A stretch of DNA of 64,000 bases from Candidatus Falkowbacteria bacterium (GTDB lineage Bacteria; Patescibacteriota; Patescibacteriia; UBA11705; JACRDX01), in NCBI GenBank assembly GCA_043798985.1, contig JAZDOE010000018.1, positions 8,057 to 72,056 of the forward strand, in the 5' to 3' direction. The position numbers and the translations under genes were made by a program. Below the pieces are notes generated by a model. The model was given only the letters and a program-made list of their open reading frames with translations, was not told the origin of the DNA and ran no database searches. Shown one piece after another: positions 38,411 to 48,012 of this stretch. Position 1 is the first letter of the stretch. Each line of letters begins with the position of its first letter.

Positions 38411-39151
38411 ATGGCAGCAAAAGAAAAAACGCGCAACATATTGAAGTTTTTGTTGAATGATATTGCGGAAATTTTTCCTTTGCTGTTTGTTTTCTATGCT
38501 GCTGCTTTTTTGCTATCCTTAGTTTTTGAATCATGGAAATTGTATTTTAATTGGCCAATATTCCACGTTAACATTTTAATTTTGGGTTTGTTTAGTTTTT
38601 TGAGCGAATACGGACGCAAAAAATTTGCTACGATAGTTTCTTTTATAAAAGTAGAGGCAAAAAAAATCGTTGCGTCAACGTTAAACAAATCAATGTTCCG
38701 TGATAAAAAAGTAAACATTCTTAATTTACTATTCATTATTTCAGAAATCGCGATTACGTATATTTTTGCGATCATTAAACGAGCAGTAATTGGTTTGCTA
38801 AAACTTATTATTAAAATCATCGCGCTTGCTTTGGATATTCGCCAGCAAGGATTTAAAAACTATTTAAAATTTGTTTTGCTTGCAATTATTTTAACCTTTG
38901 CGATTACGAAAGGAGCAAATGTTGTTGAATTACTGATTTGGATTTACGCGTTTCGTGCGATATTTGTAGGCATTGATAGTCGCATTAGCGCTGGTATTGC
39001 TTTGGCCTTGTTGGCAACCTGCCCGATTTTATTAATTTTAAAAAAGAATGCGATAGCCGAACAATCTGCTGTTTTTGCGTATTATTTTTTGGTTATAGTT
39101 GTAATCACGCAAATTATTGAATTACGCCGCGAATCAAAAACAAAGAAATAA
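38411..39151 (+). CDS. Hypothetical membrane protein
   Basis: Hydrophobic helices. The start is set at the ATG just after the upstream stop; the ORF track gives 38399. Confidence 0.3.
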   Translation: MAAKEKTRNILKFLLNDIAEIFPLLFVFYAAAFLLSLVFESWKLYFNWPIFHVNILILGLFSFLSEYGRKKFATIVSFIKVEAKKIVASTLNKSMFRDKKVNILNLLFIISEIAITYIFAIIKRAVIGLLKLIIKIIALALDIRQQGFKNYLKFVLLAIILTFAITKGANVVELLIWIYAFRAIFVGIDSRISAGIALALLATCPILLILKKNAIAEQSAVFAYYFLVIVVITQIIELRRESKTKK

Positions 39152-39363
39152 TGGAATTTATCCACAAGCCAGATTTTTAAAAGTATTGTAAAAAGAGTAT
39201 AATATAAATGTAGAAATTTTATAAATAATGAATTCAACGTGAGGCGCCGTAGATTATTCTATTTTTGGATCCTCTCCTTAAGGGGATAGAATAGTTTATA
39301 AAGCCAATAATCACAAACGGGTCGGGTGGTTAAAAGCGTTGAAATAAAGAAAGGAACACGAAA

Positions 39364-40830
39364 ATGGCTGAAAAAATAAAAGCTATTTTGAAAGATGAAC
39401 GGAAAGTAAGCAAAGCGCTATTTATCGCGATTTTAGTTTTCGCGATGGTCGTGATTTTTGACTTGCCTGCGCTTTTTACTGCATATGCTACTCAAAATTC
39501 TGAAAATGGCTGGGGGTATGGAAGTCCTGTCGGATATGCTTGGGGTTATGGTTACTGGTCTGAGGTAACCCCAACGTTGGCGCTAACCTATAATAGCTGC
39601 GCGGCAGATTGTCAAATTGCGAGAAACACGGCAATTACTATTACTGCGACATTCAGTTCTTCTCCTGCAACGCAACCAGACATCAGCATAGATCTTCCTG
39701 GCACAACTTATGACACCGCATATACTGCTATGAGCGGAAGTGGGGCGGTAAGAACGTATAGCTATACAACGGCGAGTGTTTCCGCGACTTCCACGGCTAC
39801 CGTAAGCATACAGACCGCTGGTGGTGCGGCGCACACCCCGACCCCATCAAACAGCACGCTTAGCATCACTGTTCCCGGAGGTGAAAGTGGCGGCGCGACA
39901 GTGACAGATACAACTGCCCCAACGATTAGCAGTGTTGTAGCAACGCCAAAAGCAACAGAAGCGACGATTACATGGACGACAAACGAAGCTTCTGTGACTT
40001 GGATTGATTACGGAACAACAACCACTTATGGTAAACAGACGCTTACAAGCGCTTTTGTCACTGCTCACTCTGTCACTTTGACTGGCTTGACCGCAGGGAC
40101 AACGTATCACTACAAATTAAGTGCGAAAGATGTTTCTTCAAACTTAAATGTTGGCAGTGATGCTACGTTCAAAACTTTGACGGTCGCGGAAGAAGTGAAG
40201 AAGGCAGAAGATGCTAAGAAAGCGGAGGAAGCCAAAAAAGCAGAAGTGGTAAAAGAAGAAGTAAAGAAAGAAGAAACAAAAGCTATTACCCCGGTGACGA
40301 CCGTTGTTGAACCACAAAAGCCAGCAAAGCAAGATGTTGCTAAAGAAAAAGATGGCTTAATCTTTTATATCAAGACCACAAAAGCATTGCCTACAAAGAG
40401 CGCTGACTGGAAAGTCGTACACTTTGTCGCGTATGGCACTAGCAATACTGTAAAATTGGCTGCCGCGGAAAGAAAAGACATGCTGACTGATTACAAAGCG
40501 ATTTATGGCAAAGTGCCAGCAACTACTGGCGATTGGTCAAATGTTGATTCAATGGCAACGGGCGTAAAACCAGCGACAAGATCTTTGGTAGCTGAAAAAG
40601 CAGCGTTTAAAGATTTTATAAAGGTCTATAAACGTGTACCAAACTTCAAGGTTGCGGGTGATAATATGGGCTTGCAGTATATCGCGTATAAGTTGCGACC
40701 AGCGGTGAAAGATGCGGCAAAAGAAAAAGCTGCGACAGCAACGTTTAAGGCAATTTACAAAGTTACGCCAAAGACTTCTGCGCAAATGGCAGTTGTTAGA
40801 GCGATTGCTTACTCTGGAGCAAAACGATAA
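39364..40830 (+). CDS. Cell-surface protein with N-terminal anchor, Thr/Ser-rich region, fibronectin-III-like domain, Lys/Glu-rich repeats (KAEDAKKAEEAKKAE) and a C-terminal domain
   Basis: N-terminal TM/signal segment. ITWTTNEASVTWIDYGTTTTYG...TTYHYKLSAKD is Fn3/PKD-like. Low-complexity charged repeats. Confidence 0.5.
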   Translation: MAEKIKAILKDERKVSKALFIAILVFAMVVIFDLPALFTAYATQNSENGWGYGSPVGYAWGYGYWSEVTPTLALTYNSCAADCQIARNTAITITATFSSSPATQPDISIDLPGTTYDTAYTAMSGSGAVRTYSYTTASVSATSTATVSIQTAGGAAHTPTPSNSTLSITVPGGESGGATVTDTTAPTISSVVATPKATEATITWTTNEASVTWIDYGTTTTYGKQTLTSAFVTAHSVTLTGLTAGTTYHYKLSAKDVSSNLNVGSDATFKTLTVAEEVKKAEDAKKAEEAKKAEVVKEEVKKEETKAITPVTTVVEPQKPAKQDVAKEKDGLIFYIKTTKALPTKSADWKVVHFVAYGTSNTVKLAAAERKDMLTDYKAIYGKVPATTGDWSNVDSMATGVKPATRSLVAEKAAFKDFIKVYKRVPNFKVAGDNMGLQYIAYKLRPAVKDAAKEKAATATFKAIYKVTPKTSAQMAVVRAIAYSGAKR

Positions 40831-40841
40831 GAAATTCAAAA

Positions 40842-40873
40842 ACAGTCCTGATGTAATGTCAGGGCTGTTTTTT
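40842..40873 (+). terminator. Rho-independent terminator after the surface-protein gene
   Basis: ACAGTCCTGA-TGTAATG-TCAGGGCTGT (10-bp stem including one G-U pair) followed by TTTTT. Confidence 0.6.
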
Positions 40874-40907
40874 GTTAATCAATTTGGTATAATTATTACA
40901 ATGAAGC

Positions 40908-41960
40908 ATGCGTATGGACACTGCGATTTTTGATTATAATTTGCCTAAAAATTTAATCGCGCAACAGCCGGCCAAACAACGAGATCGTTCGCAGCTTTTT
41001 ATTTATAATCGCGCAAACGACGAAATTGAACACAAAAAGTTTTTTGAGCTGATTGATTATTTAAAAAAGGGCGATATATTAGTTTTAAATAACACAAAAG
41101 TATTGCCAGCGCGTCTTTTTGGCAAAAAAGAGCAGACTGGTGGCAATGTTGAGGTTTTGTTGCTTAGACAACTTACGGCCAGGATTTGGGAATGCTTATT
41201 GCGTGTTCGTGGAAATAAAAAAAATACATTTTTGGTTTTTCCAAAAAATTTATCCGCGCAGATTTTAAAACCGCACACGAATGAAACATGGCAAGTTCAG
41301 TTTGATCTGCCGGAAAATGATTTTAAATTGTATTTGCAGAAATATGGCGCAATGCCTTTGCCGCCGTACATTAAATCAAATTCCCCCGAAGGGGCCCCTT
41401 CGGGGCAGGCATCAATTTTGAAAAAACAGTACCAGACGATTTTTGCCAAATATGATGGTTCAGCTGCGGCTCCAACAGCCGGATTGCACTTTACCAAAGA
41501 ACTTTTGTCTAAAATTCGACAAAAAGGTGTGGCAATAAAATATATCACCCTGCACGTTGGCTTAGGCACGTTTGCGCCGGTTCGCGAGCAAACGATTGAA
41601 CAGCACAAAATGCACTCGGAAGTTTATAAAATGAGCCAGCCAACATATAAAACTCTTCTTGCCGCAAAAAAACAAGGCCAGCGAATAATTGCGGTCGGCA
41701 CCACAGTCGTTAGGACGCTGGAAACGGTTTTTAATGCCAGCCGACCGCGATTATCCGGCGAAACTGACATTTTTATTTATCCGGGCTATGACTTTAAAAT
41801 GGTTGACGCGATGATAACGAATTTTCATTTGCCAAAATCAACGCTACTAATGTTGCTCGCGGCATTTGTGGGCAGAGAAAAATTAATGGAACTTTATAAA
41901 ATCGCGATAGAAAAACAATATAGATTTTACAGTTTTGGAGATGCGATGTTCATTGAGTAA
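40908..41960 (+). CDS. queA: S-adenosylmethionine:tRNA ribosyltransferase-isomerase
   Basis: FDYNLPKNLIAQQPA, PLPPYI, AAPTAGLHFT. Carries an in-frame palindromic insert at 41384-41405 (see findings). Confidence 0.85.
   Translation: MRMDTAIFDYNLPKNLIAQQPAKQRDRSQLFIYNRANDEIEHKKFFELIDYLKKGDILVLNNTKVLPARLFGKKEQTGGNVEVLLLRQLTARIWECLLRVRGNKKNTFLVFPKNLSAQILKPHTNETWQVQFDLPENDFKLYLQKYGAMPLPPYIKSNSPEGAPSGQASILKKQYQTIFAKYDGSAAAPTAGLHFTKELLSKIRQKGVAIKYITLHVGLGTFAPVREQTIEQHKMHSEVYKMSQPTYKTLLAAKKQGQRIIAVGTTVVRTLETVFNASRPRLSGETDIFIYPGYDFKMVDAMITNFHLPKSTLLMLLAAFVGREKLMELYKIAIEKQYRFYSFGDAMFIE
41384..41405. repeat. Perfect 22-nt GC-rich palindrome CCCCGAAGGGGCCCCTTCGGGG inside queA
   Basis: Read directly from the sequence. 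It encodes PEGAPSG, between the conserved PLPPYI and YQT motifs. Confidence 0.8.
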
Positions 41961-41995
41961 ATTCTAAGCACGAATCTCGAAATTCTAAACAAGCA

Positions 41996-42080
41996 CGAAA
42001 TTCGAATTTCCCAATATTTGAAACATTCTGATTTCGGGCTTCTGATTTGTTTCGAATTTAGGATTTCGGATTTCAAATTT
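41996..42080. repeat. Intergenic repeat family B (copy 1)
   Basis: 42003-42042 CGAATTTCCCAATATTTGAAACATTCTGATTTCGGGCTTC. Also contains the perfect palindrome GAAATTCGAATTTC. Confidence 0.5.
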
Positions 42081-42089
42081 TAGCAGTTT

Positions 42090-42587
42090 ATGCGTTATTC
42101 CAATAAACAACAACTTGAACAAAAGTATAAAGAAAAGTTGGAAACAGCGAAATTGGATGATCGCGAAATGTTTGAATTAAAAAAGGACATGGAAGAATAT
42201 AAACAAGATAAAATCAAAAAAGCGGGAAAGCGCGGCCGCAAGAACGCTATTAGATTTTATTGCGGAGCAATATTTTTGGTGATATTTCTTGCGGCCGTTG
42301 GTTTAATTTTTTATTTTTATCTGCAAATCAAAGACAATTTGGCCGAAGAATTTTTAAAACAAAAAGAGGCTTTGCCTCAAAATGTTGAGCAGCTGCAAAA
42401 TACGATTACTGACGCGCAAGAAAAAATAAACGCGGCATACGCAACTTATCAAGAAGCGAAAAAGACCTACGAAGAATTGAAAGCAATAAAAAATGCCAGC
42501 GTGGAAAAAATAAATCAAGCAAAAGCGCTTATGGATCAAGCAAGCGTGGCGCTTGAGAATGTCAAATTGCAAATGTCAAATCAATAA
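42090..42587 (+). CDS. Hypothetical coiled-coil protein with one TM helix
   Basis: 165-aa ORF with charged heptads and one hydrophobic helix. Confidence 0.35.
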   Translation: MRYSNKQQLEQKYKEKLETAKLDDREMFELKKDMEEYKQDKIKKAGKRGRKNAIRFYCGAIFLVIFLAAVGLIFYFYLQIKDNLAEEFLKQKEALPQNVEQLQNTITDAQEKINAAYATYQEAKKTYEELKAIKNASVEKINQAKALMDQASVALENVKLQMSNQ

Positions 42588-42618
42588 CAAATTCCAAATG
42601 TCAAAATCAAAATTTATG
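42557..42618. repeat. Intergenic motif family A (AATGTCAAA / TTTGACATT units), copy upstream of rsmI in reverse orientation
   Basis: Three AATGTCAAA units within 62 nt. Confidence 0.5.
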
Positions 42619-43254
42619 TTATATATAGTCGCAACGCCAATCGGAAATTTAAAGGACATTACTTTGCGCGCGGTGGAAGTTTTAAAGAGCGTTGACATTG
42701 TTTTTTGCGAAGATACGCGGCAGACAAAAAAGCTACTGGATCATTATCAAATTGATAAGAAAATGATAAGCTTGCATCAGCATTCCAGCGACGAAAAAAT
42801 CGCAGGGTTACTGCGACAGTTTGAAAATATTGCCTATGTCACAGATGCTGGCACGCCCGGAATTTCTGATCCTGGCAATCGTTTGGTTGAAATCGCAATT
42901 CAACTTAATGTCGCGATTTGTCCGATTCCCGGACCATCAGCCGCAATAGCCGCTCTTTCTGTCGCAGGATTCGCGACTGACAAATTTTTGTTTCTGGGTT
43001 TTTTGCCAAAAAAAGGACAACAAAAAGTTTTTGAAAAAATAAAAAATTCCGACTGCGCGGTTTGTTTTTACGAATCACCGCACAGAATTCTTAAAACTCT
43101 CGGCGCGTTGGAAAAAGTGCTTGAACCAACCCGGCAAATGGTTATTTGCAGAGAATTAACGAAAAAATTTGAAACAATTTACCGAGGAACAGCCGAAGAA
43201 TTGTTAAAACAAGTTAAACCCAAAGGCGAATTTGTCATAATCATTGCACCATAA
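42616..43254 (+). CDS. rsmI: 16S rRNA (cytidine1402-2'-O)-methyltransferase RsmI
   Basis: LYIVATPIGNLKDITLRAVEVLKSVDIVFCEDTRQTKKLL. The alternative ATG at 42598 lies inside the intergenic repeat motif. Confidence 0.75.
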   Translation: MLYIVATPIGNLKDITLRAVEVLKSVDIVFCEDTRQTKKLLDHYQIDKKMISLHQHSSDEKIAGLLRQFENIAYVTDAGTPGISDPGNRLVEIAIQLNVAICPIPGPSAAIAALSVAGFATDKFLFLGFLPKKGQQKVFEKIKNSDCAVCFYESPHRILKTLGALEKVLEPTRQMVICRELTKKFETIYRGTAEELLKQVKPKGEFVIIIAP

Positions 43255-43265
43255 TAATTTTTGCT

Positions 43266-44741
43266 ATGAAAAAATTCTATATCACAACTACTTTGCCGTA
43301 CGTTAACGCTGATCCGCACATTGGTTTTGCTTTGGAAATTGTGCAAGCTGACGCTATTGCCAGATACCAACGTCTGCTTGGTAAGGAAGTAATTTTTAAT
43401 ACAGGCACAGATGAACATGGCTTGAAAATTTATCGCAAGGCATTGGAAAACAAAGAGGAACCACAGCAATATTGCAATAGATACGCGGCAAAATTTGACG
43501 CGTTGAAACAGGCGTTGAATTTGAGCTACACCAATTTTATCCGCACCACAGACACACACCACATGGCCGCGGCACAGGAATTTTGGCGGCGGTGTTTAAA
43601 AAACGATGATATTTATAAAAAAAATTACAAAATCAAATATTGCGTCGGATGTGAATTGGAAAAAACCGATTCAGAATTAGTTGATGCTAAATGTCCTTTG
43701 CATCCGAATTTAGAATTAGAAGTAATTGAAGAAGAAAATTATTTTTTTAAATTTTCTAAATTTCAAAAATCATTATTAAAATTTTACGAGAAAAATTCCA
43801 GTTTTGTCATTCCAACCAACCGTTTACAAGAAATTAAAAATTTTGTGGAAAGGGGATTGAAGGACTTCAGTATTTCTCGCTTGAAAATAAAAATGCCTTG
43901 GGGCGTGTCAGTGCCGAACGATGAAGAGCAAGTGATGTATGTGTGGTTTGACGCGTTGATCAACTATATTTCTACGCTTGGCTGGCCCAATGATGAGAAA
44001 AATTTCAAAAAGTTTTGGCCGGGCGTGCAAGTGGCTGGTAAAGACAATCTGCGCCAACAGAGCGCCATGTGGCAGGCGATGTTGATGTCTGCTGGATTGC
44101 CAAATTCTGAACAGATTTTTATACATGGTTTTATTACTTCGGACGGACAAAAGATGAGTAAGTCTCTCGGAAATGTAGTTGATCCGTTTGAAATTGTGAA
44201 AAAATATGGAACAGATGCCACGCGCTATTTTTTGCTTGGTGGCTTGCCATCTTATGATGACGGCGATTTTACCATTGCCAGGTTTGAAGAATTTTACACT
44301 GCCAATCTTGTCAATGGCATAGGAAACCTCACTTCCCGCATTTTGACAATGTTGGAAAAATATTCTGATAACAAAATTCCAGCCAAAGCAAAAGGGCTTT
44401 TGGATATTGATAGTTTTTGGCAAAGCTATGATGTCGCGTTTCGCAATTTTGAATTTGATAGCTTAATTGAAATCATCAACAATTTAGTGGCCAAATGCGA
44501 TAGTACTATTTCTGAACAAAAACCATGGGAAAAAGCCAAAAAAGGCGAGAACGTTTCTGTTCTGCTTTATCAATTGGCGGAAACTTTGCGCCATCTCGCT
44601 GTCGCGTCGCTTCCAATTATTCCAGAATCAGCCGAAAAAATACTGCAACAACTTAACACAGAAGACAAAACGCATTCTTGGGGGAAATTGAGCAAAGGCA
44701 ATGTCATCAAAAAGAGCGAGATATTGTTTCCCAGATTATAA
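43266..44741 (+). CDS. metG: Methionyl-tRNA synthetase (short form)
   Basis: FYITTTLPYVNADPHIGFA matches the HIGH region. KMSKSLGN is the KMSKS motif. Confidence 0.9.
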   Translation: MKKFYITTTLPYVNADPHIGFALEIVQADAIARYQRLLGKEVIFNTGTDEHGLKIYRKALENKEEPQQYCNRYAAKFDALKQALNLSYTNFIRTTDTHHMAAAQEFWRRCLKNDDIYKKNYKIKYCVGCELEKTDSELVDAKCPLHPNLELEVIEEENYFFKFSKFQKSLLKFYEKNSSFVIPTNRLQEIKNFVERGLKDFSISRLKIKMPWGVSVPNDEEQVMYVWFDALINYISTLGWPNDEKNFKKFWPGVQVAGKDNLRQQSAMWQAMLMSAGLPNSEQIFIHGFITSDGQKMSKSLGNVVDPFEIVKKYGTDATRYFLLGGLPSYDDGDFTIARFEEFYTANLVNGIGNLTSRILTMLEKYSDNKIPAKAKGLLDIDSFWQSYDVAFRNFEFDSLIEIINNLVAKCDSTISEQKPWEKAKKGENVSVLLYQLAETLRHLAVASLPIIPESAEKILQQLNTEDKTHSWGKLSKGNVIKKSEILFPRL

Positions 44742-44751
44742 AGCACGTAAA

Positions 44752-44803
44752 TTTTGACATTTGGATTTAATTTGACATTTTAATTTTGATATTTGAAATT
44801 TAC
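44752..44803. repeat. Intergenic motif family A copy upstream of cvpA
   Basis: TTTTGACATTTGGATTTAATTTGACATTTTAATTTTGATATTTGAAATTT. Confidence 0.55.
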
Positions 44804-44809
44804 AAACGT

Positions 44810-45313
44810 ATGTTGCTATTTGACTACATTTTGCTCGGTGCATTGTTACTTTTCGTGTTTTACGGTTTTCGCGCCGGCTTTATACAAAGTGTCGGCGCGC
44901 TAATCGGCTTGGTCGTTGGTTCAGTTTTTGCCAGCCGTTATTTTGAGGCAATCGGCAATATTCTCGGCGGCTCAAATTTGATGAAAATGCTGGCGTTTTT
45001 CATCTTGTTCGGGTTGATCACAAAACTGATTGGTTTTGTTTTCAAAATAGTCGGTAAAATTTTCAAAATTATTACAGTTTTACCGCTTTTGGCACAGTTG
45101 GACAAATTGTTGGGCGCGATTTTCGGGGCCGCCGAAGGTATTTTATTTTTGGCGATCATGTTATTTTTCTTGTCAAAATTCCCAATCAGCGCGTGGCTTA
45201 CGAATTCAATGGGCGCTTCAATTATCACGGCAACATTATTAAAAATCTCCGCGATATTCATGCCGCTATTTCCAGTCGCGATCAAACAAATAGAAACATT
45301 AATCAAAAAATGA
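44810..45313 (+). CDS. cvpA: CvpA-family membrane protein
   Basis: MLLFDYILLGALLLFVFYGFRAGFI is a CvpA-like N-terminus, followed by 4 TM helices. The ORF track gives 44786. Confidence 0.6.
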   Translation: MLLFDYILLGALLLFVFYGFRAGFIQSVGALIGLVVGSVFASRYFEAIGNILGGSNLMKMLAFFILFGLITKLIGFVFKIVGKIFKIITVLPLLAQLDKLLGAIFGAAEGILFLAIMLFFLSKFPISAWLTNSMGASIITATLLKISAIFMPLFPVAIKQIETLIKK

Positions 45314-45314
45314 A

Positions 45315-46148
45315 ATGATTGACACGCACGCGCATGTAAATTTCAATGCGTTCAAAAAAGATTCAGATGAAGTTATAAAAAGGGCATTATTAAACAACGT
45401 CACGATTATTAATGTTGGCGCACAATTTACAACAAGCACTCGCGCAGTTGTTTTTGCGGACGACTATGCTAATTGTTTTGCCGCGGTTGGTTTGCATCCG
45501 ATTCATTTGCAAGACATGACAATTGAAGAAGAGGGCGTAAGTTTTACAACTAGAAAAGAAAATTTTTCATACGAAGATTATAAAAAAATGGCGAGTCAAC
45601 CCAAAGTTGTGGCAATTGGCGAAACTGGTTTAGATTATTGGCATTTGAACGATCAAGAGCCGTTGGAAATCGCGATTGAAAGACAAAAAAAAGTGTTTCA
45701 CGAACATATTAAATTGGCAAATGAATTAAACCTGCCAGTAATCGTTCACTGTCGGGGGGCAAATGGCAACATGGATCCAGCTTATGTTGAAGTTTTGGAA
45801 GAATTAACAAAACAACCGCCAAAAAACGGGGGAGTAATGCATTGTTATGGCGGACCAATTGATTTGGTTGAGAAATTTACAAAACTTGGACTTTATATTA
45901 GTTTCAATGGAATTCTAACTTTTGATAAAACCGGAAAACTTGCGGAAATTTTAGCCGCAACGCCAGACAATAGAATTTTAGTTGAAACAGATTGTCCATA
46001 TTTGACGCCAGAACCGTATCGTAGCAAGCGCAATGAACCTGCGTTTGTTGAATTGGTCGTGCAAAAAATCGCCGCGATAAAAGGTGTGCCGTTTGATGAA
46101 GCTGACAAACTGACAACAACTAACGCGAAACGACTATTTGCAATATAA
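45315..46148 (+). CDS. tatD: TatD-family metal-dependent hydrolase
   Basis: MIDTHAHVNF, GETGLDYW, HCRGA and ETDCPYL metal-ligand motifs. Confidence 0.8.
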   Translation: MIDTHAHVNFNAFKKDSDEVIKRALLNNVTIINVGAQFTTSTRAVVFADDYANCFAAVGLHPIHLQDMTIEEEGVSFTTRKENFSYEDYKKMASQPKVVAIGETGLDYWHLNDQEPLEIAIERQKKVFHEHIKLANELNLPVIVHCRGANGNMDPAYVEVLEELTKQPPKNGGVMHCYGGPIDLVEKFTKLGLYISFNGILTFDKTGKLAEILAATPDNRILVETDCPYLTPEPYRSKRNEPAFVELVVQKIAAIKGVPFDEADKLTTTNAKRLFAI

Positions 46149-46151
46149 AAA

Positions 46152-47906
46152 ATGCCAATTTACTCGCCAAAACCATTCGTTTCTACCTATGAAAATAAAC
46201 GGGCGCTAATTCTGCTTATTTTTTTTATTATTTTTGCGGTGGCAATTATCATCAGACTTTTTGATTTACAAATAATCAAACACAATTATTTTGCCGCGCT
46301 CGCTGAAGACCAGCACGAGATTTTTAAAAAACTTGTGCCGGAGCGCGGCGAAATTTTTTGTCATAATAGCGCGAGCGACCCATTTGCCATTTATCCTTTG
46401 GCAATAAATCGCGATGTTTATTTGGTTTACGCTGTTCCGACTTTGATTACAAACGCGGAACAAACTTTAAAAAAGCTTGAATCAGTTTTATTGCTGGCAA
46501 ACGTTTCGCGCGAACAATTATTAGCGCGACTGAACAAGCAAAATGATCCGTATGAACCGATTTTAAAACGCGTTGAAGAAGAACAAATCAAACAATTGGA
46601 AGAACTCAACATTGCTGGCATAAAATGGCTTAAAGAAAAAGGCAGATTTTATCCGGAAAACAATTTGGCTTCGCACATTCTTGGTTTTGTGAACCAAGCG
46701 GACAATCAGGAAACCGGCGCGTATGGGCTTGAAGCATATTACAACAAAGAACTCACCGGCGTGCCCGGATTTTTGCGCGGCGAAGTTGGCAACCTTGGCA
46801 ATTTTATCGCGCTTGGCCAGCAAGACGTGGTGCCAGCTGAAAATGGCGCGGACGTTATTTTAACAATAGACAAAAACATTGAATTTTTCAGTTGCAAAGA
46901 ATTGGCAATAGCGGTGAGAGAATTTGAAGCTGACAATGGCTCTTTGATTGTGATGGAGCCGCAGACCGGAAAAATTTTGGCAATGTGCAATGCGCCTGAT
47001 TTTAATCCAAACAAATACAATGAAGTTGAAAGCGTTAAAGATTTCACAAATTCAGCCATAAGCGTCGCGTACGAGCCGGGTTCTATTTTTAAGCCTGTGA
47101 CGATGTCAGCGGCAATAGAAGAAAAAGCCGTCACGCCTGAAACAACATATCAGGATCCCGGGCAAATCAAAATTTCTGATTTTACAATTTACAATTATGA
47201 CAAAAAATCTCACGGCACGCGCACAATGACGCAGGTGCTTGAAGAATCGCTGAATACTGGCGTTGTTTTTGCCGGTCGTAAAATTGGAATTGAAAAATTT
47301 ACAGAATATGTAAAAAAATTCGGCATGGGCGCAAAAACAAAAATTGACATGTTCAATGAAGCTGTTGGCAATATTGCGTCCTTAAACAAAAAACATGAGC
47401 TTTACATGGCAACAGCGTCGTTTGGACAGGGGATTATGACAACGCCTTTGCAAATGGTTTCCGCCTACTCGGCAATTGTGAACAACGGCAAATTGATGCG
47501 GCCATATATTGTTGAAGAATTGCGCTTTGACAATAAACCAGCGCAGATTACACAGCCGCAGGTCGTCAGACAGGTGATTTCGCCTGAAACAGCGAAAAAA
47601 GTCGCGGCAATGCTGGTTTCTGTTGTAAACAATGGCCACGCGAAAAACGCCAAGATTCCCGGCTACCTTGTCGGCGGAAAAACAGGCACAGCTCAAATTG
47701 CTGATCCAAATTCTGGAAAATATAGCGAAAATGTCACGCATTCTTTTGTGGAGTTTGCGCCGTTCAACAACCCTAAGTTTGTATTAATTGTAAAATTGGA
47801 AAACGTTAAAAAAGTAAAATACGCGGAAAGTTCAGCTTTGCCAACGGCAACAAAAATCGCGAAATTCATTTTGGATTATTACGCGGTTGAGCCGGAAGTG
47901 AAATAA
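46152..47906 (+). CDS. Penicillin-binding protein 2 / FtsI-type peptidoglycan D,D-transpeptidase
   Basis: N-terminal TM. The transpeptidase motifs SxxK, SxN and KTGT are present (GSIFKP, SLN, GGKTGTA). Confidence 0.8.
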   Translation: MPIYSPKPFVSTYENKRALILLIFFIIFAVAIIIRLFDLQIIKHNYFAALAEDQHEIFKKLVPERGEIFCHNSASDPFAIYPLAINRDVYLVYAVPTLITNAEQTLKKLESVLLLANVSREQLLARLNKQNDPYEPILKRVEEEQIKQLEELNIAGIKWLKEKGRFYPENNLASHILGFVNQADNQETGAYGLEAYYNKELTGVPGFLRGEVGNLGNFIALGQQDVVPAENGADVILTIDKNIEFFSCKELAIAVREFEADNGSLIVMEPQTGKILAMCNAPDFNPNKYNEVESVKDFTNSAISVAYEPGSIFKPVTMSAAIEEKAVTPETTYQDPGQIKISDFTIYNYDKKSHGTRTMTQVLEESLNTGVVFAGRKIGIEKFTEYVKKFGMGAKTKIDMFNEAVGNIASLNKKHELYMATASFGQGIMTTPLQMVSAYSAIVNNGKLMRPYIVEELRFDNKPAQITQPQVVRQVISPETAKKVAAMLVSVVNNGHAKNAKIPGYLVGGKTGTAQIADPNSGKYSENVTHSFVEFAPFNNPKFVLIVKLENVKKVKYAESSALPTATKIAKFILDYYAVEPEVK

Positions 47907-47998
47907 ATTTCAAATATCAAATTACAAATGTCAAAGTTTGGAATTTGATATTTGACATTGATTTGATATTTGACATTTGAGCTTTGAAATTAATTGTG
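47907..47998. repeat. Intergenic motif family A, inverted double copy upstream of murF
   Basis: AAATTTCAAATATCAAATTACAAATGTCAAA in reverse orientation, followed by TTTGATATTTGACATTGATTTGATATTTGACATTTGAGCTTTGAAATT in forward orientation. Confidence 0.55.
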
Positions 47999-48012
47999 CT
48001 ATATTTGATGGC

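Noticed and set aside
39255-39300. Hairpin ATTCTAT...ATAGAAT enclosing CCTCTCCTTAAGGGGA upstream of the surface-protein gene, considered as a terminator or riboswitch.
   Set aside because: It has no U-tract and no recognisable riboswitch consensus. It may be a leader structure, but the evidence is insufficient to call a feature.
47907-47998. Tandem-like short repeats upstream of murF, considered as a possible CRISPR array.
   Set aside because: The units are about 10-15 nt AT-rich motifs without unique spacers of regular length. No cas genes are present in the window. The pattern fits a dispersed intergenic motif family instead.
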